Both the position numbers and the translations under genes were made by a program. The notes below the pieces were generated by a model that was given only the letters and a program-made list of their open reading frames with translations, searched no databases and had not been told where the DNA came from. 64,000 nt of DNA, taken from NCBI GenBank assembly GCA_043228905.1, contig JBHGNT010000012.1:372001-436000 (forward strand). Reading direction: 5' to 3'. The stretch is from Azolla caroliniana (lineage: Eukaryota > Plantae > Polypodiophyta). Positions 22,322 through 33,989 of the stretch are shown one piece after another; positions within the stretch are counted from its first letter, which is position 1; each line of letters opens with the position of its first letter.

Positions 22322-22616
22322 TGATAAGAAAGATATTTATTATATGAAGAGAATATACAACGGTGGCTAAAAGGCTTAAGACTGGCGTTGAACCAATTTG
22401 ATTCAACATAATGCCTAGTGCCCTCTTTTATAGTGTTTTCAGGAGTAATCCTGAAGCTTCTAGAATGTTCCAGAGAAATCTGGAATATACACTAATTTCC
22501 TATAATAAAATGTAAATGAAAATAATATCCTACGTATTACAATAGATGTTCTAATGGTCAAGAGCTCGACCCATATAACCTAAGGTCATGGGTTCGAGTC
22601 TTGCCATATCATGACA
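22167..22616 (-). repeat. 5' LTR of gypsy element (450 bp) with TATA box
   Basis: TG...CA termini; TATAAAA on the minus strand at 22426-22432; predicted C|A start site at 22399. Confidence 0.95.
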
Positions 22617-23832
22617 GCGGGAGGTCAAAGGGTTTCGATGTGGGTGTGGCCTGTGGTCCCGACACAAAAGGTATCTTGACCATAGCTTCTAGACAAAGTA
22701 ACTCATATTCCCTTATCTTCTTAATTGCCTTTTTGCACAACGAGTGACTTTGAGGCCCAATATCCGAGGGTATTTGGTTGTTCTTTGGTTTTCTGCTTCA
22801 ACAACGGAGAGGCTGAGTGGTGCATGTGTGTCCACCTTCATTGTCCCCTACTACTTTTGAAACATTTTAGAGGTTATATGTTGGTGAATATTAGAAAAGT
22901 TATGGTTAACATTTTGTAGCTTATTCTCTCCATGTTGTTTTAGCTCTAAGATATACTTACCAAGTGTCTTTATATCTAGGGTATCCAATAGTTGGGAGAG
23001 CGTGGTACAACCAAGAGTTGAAAATGATTGTTGTTAATACATAGTTTTATTTTTAGGATAATAATTGGCCGATTTTGAACTCTAATGTAGACATTGTAAC
23101 ATCAAAGTCATACTTTTGAGAGAATCCTAATTTGATCCTAGCCATGGAATCATACTTGACCTATGATGGAGATTGATAATTGATCTATCCGTCTACCTTC
23201 CTCTCTCTTTTTTTAGTGAAAGTGGTGCATATATATACACACATACACATACACCACTTTCACCACAAAAAAGCGATGCATGTTTGTTTGTTTGTTTGTG
23301 TGTATACATTATAATACAAAAAAGGTCTTGTTGTCCCAACAATATTGAGGACATTATATAACAAGGTAAACCCTCCAAACGAAGATGTAAAACTAGCTAA
23401 CATAAAGGAAACTCCTCTCCACGACATGGTGGTTGCAAAAATATTAGGAGCAAAGCAAAAACTGTCGATTCAATTTTCTACTTGGGTGTGCCATGCTACT
23501 ACTTTATGGGGAATCACAAAGTAGATGTTAATCTTCAACCTCATCAACAACAACTAACTTCTTTTATCCCTAGTTTCTTTTCCCCCTAGGGGTAGTTGGG
23601 CCATCCTGAACCAAAGACCGCAACATGCCAATGAAGTGAAGTGACATGAATAATTGCACCTACACAAGGCTTTTTGTTATCTTATGAGAATAAAGAATTA
23701 ATAGATTCTTTCTTAAAAGGGATTCGTCCATTCTTGAGCTCTCCAATTGTGTGTTTGTCCCTTGCCCCATTCCTCTACGAACCAACTCTCTTGGATCAAT
23801 GCCATACACTCTACGATCATCCTGTGAACCGG

Positions 23833-24634
23833 TGTCGTGGAAAATCCGCGCGTGCGTGTCGGATAAGGCGGGACCGCGGGGGTCTTGGACTTGGGAGTAA
23901 AGGGGGAAGAACAATGTGCGAAGATTGACAAGAGAAAGAGCTAGATCGAGACAAGATTCATCAAGCTAATTCCATTATAGGGCACGAAAGCCACAATACG
24001 ATTTACAACCGCGGCCGTATCGGCCGTACTCAAGCTCAACTAGAATAAAACCTAACCGAATAGGAAGAATAAGAAGAAGAACTAAACCCTAATCAAGAGA
24101 AGAAAATGATAGAGAGCGGAAACTAGAGCCAAAACCCTAAAACGAAAAATAGGGCTAAGAGATAGAAGAACCAAAACCATAAGGGTCTACCTCCAACGAC
24201 AAAATGGCGAGCCCCTCAAGAATGACCCCTCATCCCTTTTTATAGTAGAAAGGGGTGAGGCTCATTACAAAAAGAGAGGCCAAATATTCCACTCTTTTCA
24301 AAGGGGAATATTTGCCTTGATCTTAGGAGGAGAGATTGATGAGGCCTTAACTCCCTCTCCTCTCATTTTCGCACACACACTACCATGGCCTCTATTTATT
24401 AGAACCATACTTCTATGCACTCCCCTTTAGTCTACATGTGCATGTATGATGTGCACCTAAGTGCACATCACATTTACACTTCATGAACTTTGTGGTGTAC
24501 TTTAGCACCGTACACTTTACATTTGTTTTCTTATTCTTATTTTACAAATCCCCTAAGTGCACGCGCAATGTTGCACGTCCCGTTTTTATTTGCTCCACCC
24601 GGTTTTCTTACCATAACCGAAAATCCTCACGACA
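23833..24634 (-). mobile_element. Solo LTR (802 bp) of an unrelated LTR retrotransposon family
   Basis: Termini TGTCGTG...CACGACA (7-bp inverted repeat, TG..CA), flanked on both sides by CCGG (23829-23832, 24635-24638). TATA-like CTATAAAAAGGG on the minus strand near 24234-24245; no internal coding domain. Orientation is inferred from the TATA only. Confidence 0.72.
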
Positions 24635-25744
24635 CCGGCTCCTTCCATTCTTGAAGGACAGTCAAAGACAAATCTCATTACATAAAATTAGACGCTATTC
24701 GGAATAATCATTAGGTTTGGTAGAATACTAAAGAGTTCTTCCCATGGGGGTCGTATTCCTATGTTTTAAGTCCAAGATCCTCCCATGTCCAAGGAGTCTT
24801 TCTAGGACTTGAACGCCACTTGTATAACTTTCATCGATTGCTATTCCCATGGACCCCCAACATCAATGTTTATGCATGAGCCAAAGGAATAGGGCGATTC
24901 TATATCAATATCTTTGATAAGATTGGTGAGGTTCTTGCCTATCGACTATTATCCCTAGGGGAATTTGAATCCCCACCTTCGTACGAAAAGATAGTTGTCC
25001 TAACCCTCCCGGTAATGTATGATCCAAAGAAATCTTGTGTAGAATGTTGGTCTTATGGTATTACAAATTAATCCTTATCTTTGTTACCATATGGTTTTGA
25101 AGTTAAATCTTATTATTAGTTTTCCAAGGATACATACACATCTTTGGCGTCAATATCATCAATTGATCATCAACCATCTTTTCTATCCTATACATCATTA
25201 TAAAGGTCACGCCTTTTGAGTAGAATTCAATGCACATAATATATAACTATGTCGCCTTTAAGGTACACACCTCCCATTTTCATGTTCCTTGCTTTCATAT
25301 TTGGTGCAATATGATGCTTATTTTCAAACTCCTTGTCTCTTTATTGTATGTAGATCCGATAGTTGTTTTTATGCTTCTCCATTGAGACACAAAGAAGGGA
25401 TATACTTTGTGGGAAGGAAGATTGGCAATCTAATAACAATCTAACCATTGCTTGCATTAATTTCTGGTTGGGATGTTTCATAAAGAGTAACAATGATTGT
25501 AGGAAGAATGGTTGGTAACTGATGAATGAAGTTGGAATCACCAAAATATGGGAGAAAAATCTCCTTGAAAATGTAGTACATATTAACTCCCTGGAAGGTG
25601 GTTCTCTCAGCAGCTACCTCTGAACTTCGTACGTTTGGATCTAGCATCCCGTAAACTGTTTCGAGGAAGTATTGATTGTGATGATGCTAATGTACATAGT
25701 GACTCCTTACCATGATAATGTATTTGGTGATTTTTTACCTAAGC

Positions 25745-28700
25745 TCAACGTTTCTGGAAATTTAACTTCTTGATGCCATAGCCGAAAACAAACATGAACA
25801 ATAAGGTAAACCCCACATGTACAACAGCTACAACCCCTAGGAAATCATGGTTGTATCCATAATTGTCCTCTATGTATTGCTTCACAGATTGTTGTCTCCC
25901 AGGGAGGTCGGGATTGGGCAGGGGAGCATCAATGTCCCCGAGTTGGGATCCAACCAATCCATACAATGACCATGAAATGGGATTTGCCCAGTAATACCAT
26001 CTCCACCATATAGGGATACTCTGCATCATTGAAGAAGACAAAAAAACATTATTGCTTATCAGTACTTTCTATGAAAGTATGCATAAACTTTGAGACATTG
26101 AACTTCAATTCTTGGTATTGGATCAATGCAGTCTTTTATACCAGTCGGGGAATCATGAAGCCCGAGAACAAGTTCAAAAAGCTAAAGAAGGAGGAGGAGA
26201 TGATCGATGCAAAACTCAGGTTCGGAGTGATTGCAACAGTCATCATGCCGTAGTAGGTGAAACAGAGGAGGATGAAGAACATGAAGAAAAGGAAGTAGAA
26301 AAACTTGACTGCAGTCCATTCAAAGCCGATCATTGCGTACACGATGGGAACATATAAGAGAGTTTGAAGAAATACGTAGGGTACCTCAATGCCTGCCTAT
26401 ACATACACACAGAAAGGTTAGAACACCTATACCATTGCCTCATGTTCTACTAAGACATATATAAGTACATCACTTACTTGAGCAAATGCATATGCCAAGG
26501 CAGAGTACATCCCAGCGCCCCTTTCACGATAAAAAACAGTCCTCTCAACCGCGACCACAGGCTGAACCGTAGATGAATTACTGAACCCAAGAAACAGGGT
26601 TGTTGCATAAAGTGCACCCATAACATTGCTAACATCTTGAATCGTTGTTCTGCATATTTGATTTAGAAGTGATACTAAATGTGAGTTCACAAAGGTTTGA
26701 ACTGCAATAACATGTACAAACAAACTCATGAATAGTAGTACCAAAGAACTCTTACCGCTTTAGACCAAGGTTCCAAAATGTTGTTCCGATTAGCAAACCT
26801 AGTGCAGTTGTGAACATTAAACGCACAGCATTATAGTAAGGATTGCGCCAGTATGACCAATGTTGCTTCCAAAAACATGCCATGCATTGCTCCCAAAAGC
26901 TTTGAGAGTATTTAGTTGTGAAGAACAGATCTTTGGAATCCACATTAGGAGTGCTCAGTTGATCCACGAGCTCTTGAGTAGACTTGCTCATTGATAAATA
27001 TATGTATGAATAAGATTATGAACTAGTATCAAGTTTGAAATAAAGTAGAAACAAAGATAAGATTCCGGATTCTTACGTATGGAGAGCAGAGTCTTTGTAA
27101 ATCTGAGCAAAGTCAATGCCGAGGCGAGCCTCAGCTGACAAAGAGGAGATATCAAGCATCCATGTTGCTGGGTTGTATCCTTCCTTGATATGGGGCACTC
27201 CAGAAATAGACTACAGAACGAAATCATGAATTTAAATTATAAGCTTGAGTATAAATAAATTTGAACACATCACGGTGTATATCATGCATCCAGAGTGGTG
27301 TTTACCTGGAAATAATGTATAAGTTTGGAAGAGTGATGTCCGAGCGGACCTGAATAGATCACTTGACCTCCTCGTTTCAACAGAAGCAGCTGCAAGATAT
27401 TGGCATCAATGAAGGAGTCAGTTTGAGAAGACTTTTTTAACATATCAATGCTATGCACAACATCACAACTTCCATAATGCGGCTACATATGAAGCACCTC
27501 ATCGAAAGCCTCGAGTATGTCAATGCTAGGCTGATGAATGGTGCACACGACTGTTCGACCTGTGTCCACTGTATTGCGCACAGTCCTCATCACAATTGCT
27601 GCGGCTCGTGCATCCAAACCAGAGGTTGGCTCATCCATGAAGAGAATGGAAGGGTTGGCAACCAGCTCCACGGCTATTGTCAGCCTCTTCCTTTGCTCTG
27701 TTGAAAGGCCACTCACACCAGGTAGTCCTACTAATGCATCTTTAATAGGATTGAGCTCTATGAGCTCCATAACCTCCTCAACAAACATCTGTGGGCAACA
27801 GCAGCAGATAGGATTCGATATCAGCAAAAACTCCAAAAAACAGAAGAGTTATTTTGTCTTGTAGATTTGAGATGAAGATTCACATAGAAAGGATCACAAG
27901 AGATCCCCCCCCCCATTCATTTACCATTCTGGTTTCGTTGTCGACGTCTTTTGGCAGGCGAAGCCATGCAGAGTACACCAGAGACTCTCTCACAGTGACG
28001 TTGGGTGAGTGTATATCGTTCTGTTCGCAGTATCCTGAGATTCTAGCAAAGGTTTCTTGGTTTTTAGGGTATCCGGAAATCCTGATGTCACCCTCTATGT
28101 AGCCTCCTGTCTTTCTTCCAGCTAAAACATCCAAGAGAGTGGTCTTTCCTGCTCCACTCACACCCATTAAAGCTGTAAGGATCCCAGGTCTAAAAGCCCC
28201 AGACACCTCTTGTAGCAGTTGGAGCCTGTCCAATTCAGCCATATCCTGTTTCTTCATTTCCTGCATTAATAAAGACCTAAACCATGAGAAGCAATTGTGG
28301 AATTCACATCGACAAATCACTGTTTGAATTGGATTGTAAACTTACTGGGGGCATGTCAACATAATAGTTCACAGATTTGAAGGACATAGAGAGTGGTTGG
28401 AAAGGAAGCACCATTCCTCTCTTTTGGACTTTATCTCTATTGCTTTCTCTAGGGATGATGCTGGATGGCCCCACCTTACCTCTCTTGTCTCTATTGCTTC
28501 TTCCAGAGATGATGTTGGATGGCCCCACCTTACCTAAATTTATATCTGCTGATCATGAAGTTGACCAATCGCATTAAGCATTGATTATTGTAGGTAAACC
28601 ATTAAAAGTTCATTTCTATCTGTATTGTTTAATACCTTGAGAACCTTGTGCTATCTCTTGTTGTGGAAATTCTCTCTCGTTATTTTCTTCAGATGACATT

Positions 28701-31700
28701 GATTGTGGGCTACTAAGTGCTGTACGTAATTCAAAGTAGGACTCCATTGCATTAGAGAAAGACTCAACTACGAATTGACACAACATATTTTTAACCAGGC
28801 ACTCATGTCAAATGGTTTAAAATGGTTAGAATTGCGTACGATTGAGATAGGTCAAAGCCATTGTAAACAAGATATTGAACAGCATGGTAAACCCAATCAA
28901 AGAGCCAATGCCGATCCAATACCAGTATCTCTCAGAATGGAGTCCTCTTAACTTCAAAACAGCCGTGCCGATTGTATTTGCATTGATACTCCCATTGTAG
29001 GGCTGTGTTTATAGACAGGTACAATGTAAGCAGCTTCTTATAGAGAGGGAGTACCTCAGATGCAGTGAAACATTCTTACCATTTTCCAGCGATCTGCAAG
29101 GAACTCATTTGTTGCCAAACTATTCTGTGCGTACATCAATGGTGAGATCCAATAAGCCCAAATCCACCATTTGGGGATTTGATCTGCCAGGGTGACAGAC
29201 ATCCCACATTAGAATTGATCAACTTATCCAGTTTTTAATAGGCTGACGTACTGCATTGAAAACCATAATATCAGTTCCAAAGATGGTTTACCTCCAGAGA
29301 TGACAAAACCTCCCATTATGAAGACAACCATTAGTGCTAAAGTTCCAAATGAGCTAGATATTATTGTCGACCTTCCAACTGAACCAAGGAAGCGGAAAAG
29401 CCCAAGGGCCATTTGAGATAGGCAGAAGAATAGAAACAGCTGCCTAAAAAATCTGCATCGACCAGAGGTCGATATGTGGAATGATTATCACCATGGATTA
29501 ACATATATATATATATATACTCCAATATTCATCTCAAATATAATGTACCAACCTGTCAGGTTCTGGAGAGAATCCGATGACATAATATGTTAAGCATGTC
29601 CATATAAACGAACCTAACATGGATAAAGGTATTCCTAAAATTATAGTTGGTATGGAATAAGCCCATGCAGGATAGAACAGTTGCTGCCTTTGCTTATAAT
29701 ACACAGGGAGGCGATTAACAACTGTAATCAGCTCTGCGAAACCATTGAACATGATGATGACTAGTCCAAAGAATAGTGCACCCAGGTACAAATTTCCATC
29801 TGCAATAGAATTCTGATGGAGTTCGGTTCTGAGGAAAACAGTCATTGCAACGATGGCTACCACAAATAGCTGTTTTAATGATTGCAAAACAAGAGAATAG
29901 TTAGAGATAAATATTCTCCTTAAAATTTAAGAAATTGAGTTGCAATAGGTCGAAACTGTGATACCTGGGATGTTTTGAAGACATACAAGAAGGAGTTCCG
30001 CTTCATGAGCAGCAGTTCTCTCTGGATGCATGCCTTAAATAGATCTTTCTTGCTAATACCATATTTTCTAGTTGATAGTGCTGCTGGATGACTTGTCGAC
30101 TTATCGAATGGAACACTAAGCTCCTCCTTAAGAAGCTGGCCAGTGTGGAAAGATTGGAAGGAATTGGAGAATTCCTCTGCAGAAATGTATCTGTATGGTT
30201 GAGTTTTGTCTGCCCAATATTGCTCTTGATCTTTCCTAGACATTATCTGGTATCACAAAAGAAGAAAAATTGTTTCATATTGTGCTTCCCAAAATCATAT
30301 GCTTGCAGAATACTTATCTACTAGCAAATCAATGCATGTATACCTACCTCTTGAAGAAAATCAGCAACACTTTTTCTTTCTGGACATCGAAATCCCATCA
30401 ATTCAAAAAATTCAAGAACATGCTCCCGAGGACCTTGATAGACAATTCCACCCTCTGCAAGGAGGATAATATCATCAAAGAGCTCGTAACTCTCTGGTGA
30501 GGGTTGTAGAAGAGAGACCACCATGGTTGCATCCATCACGTGTACAATGTGCCTCAAACATTTAAGAATTTGGAATGTGGTTGAGCTGTCCAACCCTGTA
30601 GAGATCTCATCCATGAAGAGAGCTTTTGCTGGTCCCACAAGCATCTCACCTAGGAGCAGCATATGAAATGGTGAGAAACCGAATGATACTGTTATTTGAA
30701 CAATCTGCTGCTTTGCATCACTCATATGGATGCCTTGATGCTACTCATATTTGTAATATATGATTTTTTTGCATAGGAAGTTTAGCATATGTTATTTTCT
30801 TTCTTAAGTAGCATTATCCACCTGCTGTGTGCTGCTTTGCATCACTCATATGGATGCCTTAAGGCTACTCATATTTATTTATTCATAGGAAGTCTAACAT
30901 AAACTTATTTTCTTTCTAAAGCAGCATTATACACCTGTTGTGACACGCTTTTTCTGCCCGCCTGAAATTCCTCGTATCATTTGGTCTCCAACTAATATGT
31001 CAGCGCAGATGTCAAGTCCAAGCATCTGTAAAATGTTAAAGGTTTAGTTTAATCATATAGTGTGTTTCCATGAAACAACACACCTTTCCTTTTTGCAATT
31101 TACCTTCAATACATAATCTGTAACAATATTTGTTTCATGACCTTCCATGGCAATTGCCTGAAAAAAGAAAGTGTATGACATCATTCATTAGGATGCATGT
31201 CTCATGTCAAGTAAAATCTATGATATATAACTTACCTTCATGAATATGTCTGCATCAGGGTCCGGCTTTATCCCAGCGTCTTTCTCTCTCTTCAACAACT
31301 CCACAAGCATATCTTTGAAGGAATCAAAACATGGTATACTTTGAGAGGATGGTTTCTTCTAATTAAACTCTTACTAGATTTTCTTATTCAGACTTTCACG
31401 GACATGTACACCATTTATACTGACCATATCGTGATCCAACACCTTGGCAACGGCTGGAGAAATCGAGTGTTTCACGAACAGTCAAGGTGCTTAGTTGTGT
31501 ATCATGCTGGCTAATGTAAGCTGATGTGCGCTGTGGGATGAATTCAGACATCTCATATCCATTGTAGGTTACCTTGCCTGATACCTACAAATACGATATC
31601 ATCGTTTTGTTTTTGGTTATATTCATGAGGCTAGGGCACAATGGAGAAATAGTCCACTTGGGAGTTTGCAATAAATAATTAGAATCGAACGTCAACACTT

Positions 31701-32704
31701 ACTTTGAGATCAGGAGGTAGTTTTCCTGCAAGAGCAAGCAGGAAAGTAGTCTTTCCTGAGCTAGGAGGTCCTAGCAGTAATGTCATCCTGCCGACAAACA
31801 TCGGTAGATTCTTTACTCTAATTTTCTATGAGATGTTAGCATGCCATGAAATAACACGGTATCAGATACCAACCTGGAGGGTTTGATGATACCACTGACA
31901 TCATCAAGAATGTTGAGAACTCTTCTTTTGATTGGTAGTAGGAAGCTAAAAACTCCCTGTTTACATACCACTTTCTTTCAGTTAAGATAGGTACTGGTGC
32001 CTAGCTAGGGCAATGCATGGGTTGTTTCAACAACCACCATAATAAAGAAAAGAAAAAATTCCATACCAAATTATCTTCTACAGCCATGTGTGATTGTATT
32101 GTATATTACCTCCAATAAGTCGGTTGTGAAGTTGATAAGAGTGGGCAGTGCTCTGCTTCCTACATGCACATTGGCTACAACCTTGAGATGTTCAAATCGG
32201 ACCTCGATCTTAGGTAACTCAATCCCAACTCTGTCACAGAGATACACAAGAGTATGTATGGCATTTAGTTCCAATACAAAAAAACATAATATGTACGTGT
32301 GTACATATATGACCACATCTTTGATTTTATGCATTCATGATCGCTTCTTTGAATAATTCTAGACAGATATAGAGAGTGGCCTGCAACCGGATTTCTTACT
32401 TGTCAATTCTTGTCCGGAGCTTGCGCAGAAACTGCTCATTATCATCTTCGACGACGCGAAGAATCTTATCTACAAATTGCTTCTTTTCAAGAAAACCAAG
32501 CTTGCTTACTTCCACCACTTCGCGGAAGCTCGCACCATTCTCTGCAACATTACGAAGAAACCCTTTCCGAACTCTATCATACGTGGGCAGTTTCTCAAGA
32601 GCAGCCCATTTCAGGGCTTCTTCATCATCCTCACTATTGAATCTTTCTGATCCTCCTACCCAGGACACCCCAAGATCTTGATCAATACTTGGAAATGAAG
32701 TCAT
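25745..32704 (-). CDS. ABCG: Full-size ABCG (PDR-type) ABC transporter, multi-exon, apparently intact (paralog 2)
   Basis: ATG at 32704; [98 protein letters not shown]; ends [13 protein letters not shown] at 25745. Intron positions match paralog 1 where checked (e.g. 27390-27497, 26021-26141). Confidence 0.95.
28426..28535 (-). repeat. 54-bp in-frame exonic tandem duplication in the TMD1-NBD2 linker of ABCG paralog 2
   Basis: Encodes [18 protein letters not shown] / [18 protein letters not shown]. The AG|GTAAGGTGGGGCC junctions are 54 nt apart (28533 and 28479). Confidence 0.85.
30706..30942 (-). repeat. Tandem duplication (124 and 113 bp) spanning a 5' splice site in ABCG paralog 2
   Basis: Two copies of tgctgctttgcatcactcatatggatgcctt...gcattat-cacctg-tgtg. 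Real donor CAG|GTGTAT (GT 30934-30933); copied donor CAG|GTGGAT (GT 30821-30820). Confidence 0.85.
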
Positions 32705-33148
32705 TGCACAATATCAAGGAGGTGGTTATGCGATTTAGAGGATTAATTTAGATGTTTAGAAAAGCAAATCGGTATGCGCAACTGATCTGTGCATAGATAG
32801 ATAGAGATGGGTACAGATATTAGAGGATTCAATCAGTAGATGATGATGATGATGATGATGCCTACGAGACAATCCAATGATGATTAGGCAAGGTTTAAGG
32901 ATAGATGTGAATCACGATGAACGCTCAATATCTGGTGCATTTGTGACATATATCTATATATGTACTGTAATATCATCAGGCCACACAATTCTTGCCGCAA
33001 GCATCGATTGGAATAGATTTTGAATGGAAGAGCAATGCCATTTATGAGGAGGATTTGTAGACGGATACAGGCAAAAAAAAAAAAATGGATACGTATGTGC
33101 ATACGTATAGGAGCCAGAATAATAGAGGAAAATGAACAGTGTTGACCC

Positions 33149-33560
33149 GAGAGAGAGAGAGAGAGAGAGAGAAATCTAGGTCACCATTCCATGGCCCACG
33201 TAGCAAGAAGATCTATGTGTCAGACTCTGGATGGAGAGAGTTTATGTCAGATGTGGATCCATCAATCCATGGAATTACTTCTTCTTCTTCTTCTTCTTGG
33301 ATTTGACATGTGGGGTGGGGGGGGAAATCAATTATTTTGTGTCATGAAGTGGGTTTTTGTGTGCTAAGTATGGTGCATCCAAAGGTAGATTTAAAGGAGA
33401 AAACAAGGAGATTTAGATTTGATTGAAACAGAGTGTCTTTCTCAAGCTAATCTATCTATCTATCTATCTATCTATCTCTATATGGCAGCATTAGTCAATG
33501 ATATACAAATATACAAAATATATAGATCCTTACAAAATTTGAATAGAACTCAAACTCTCT

Positions 33561-33610
<50 letters not shown>

Positions 33611-33723
33611 GAGTGATTCGCCATTGCTCCTTTACTTAAGTCAACACAAGGGATTACAAACCTTTTTTGAGAAATGCAGGAAAACAAAAAGGAAGGCTTA
33701 CAAAATAAAGTCAAGTGAGACAC

Positions 33724-33757
<34 letters not shown>
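33149..33757. repeat. Microsatellite cluster upstream of ABCG paralog 2: (GA)n, (CTT)n, (TCTA)n, (CT)n, (GA)n
   Basis: Directly visible at ~33149-33172, 33277-33298, 33451-33476, 33555-33606 and 33726-33757. Confidence 0.9.
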
Positions 33758-33759
<2 letters not shown>

Positions 33760-33989
33760 TGTTGGGCACGGAACATCCCGTCCCGTGTTGCGAATTCAAT
33801 TCGATTGTCGCAAAGGAATTTGAGAATCATATTTAACCCCATCACACCAGCATCTCTTGTTGGTCCTTCCCAATAATAAATGCGCATTTCATTTCGAGAA
33901 GAAACGGGGGAATGTGTCTCGCCTTTTAGACTCCAATCGAAATTCCAAACTTAGCAATTGAATCTGGTCTCTTTTACTGATTTGTTGGC

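Larger units (their letters stand above)
16928..22616 (-). mobile_element. Ty3/gypsy chromovirus LTR retrotransposon (Tcn1/Tf1-like), intact and recent
   Basis: LTRs 22167-22616 (5') and 16928-17365 (3') with 8-bp terminal inverted repeat TGTCATGA/TCATGACA. 5-bp TSD GCGGG (16923-16927, 22617-22621). PPT AAAGGGGGGATAG (minus, 17366-17378). Uninterrupted gag and pol; order PR-RT-RH-INT-chromodomain. Clade assignment is inference. Confidence 0.96.

Noticed and set aside
22622-25100. Decayed L1-type LINE ORF1 around the solo LTR
   Set aside because: Only faint peptide hints (e.g. LFPWTPN, DKIGEVLA) with many stops; cannot be supported without BLASTx.
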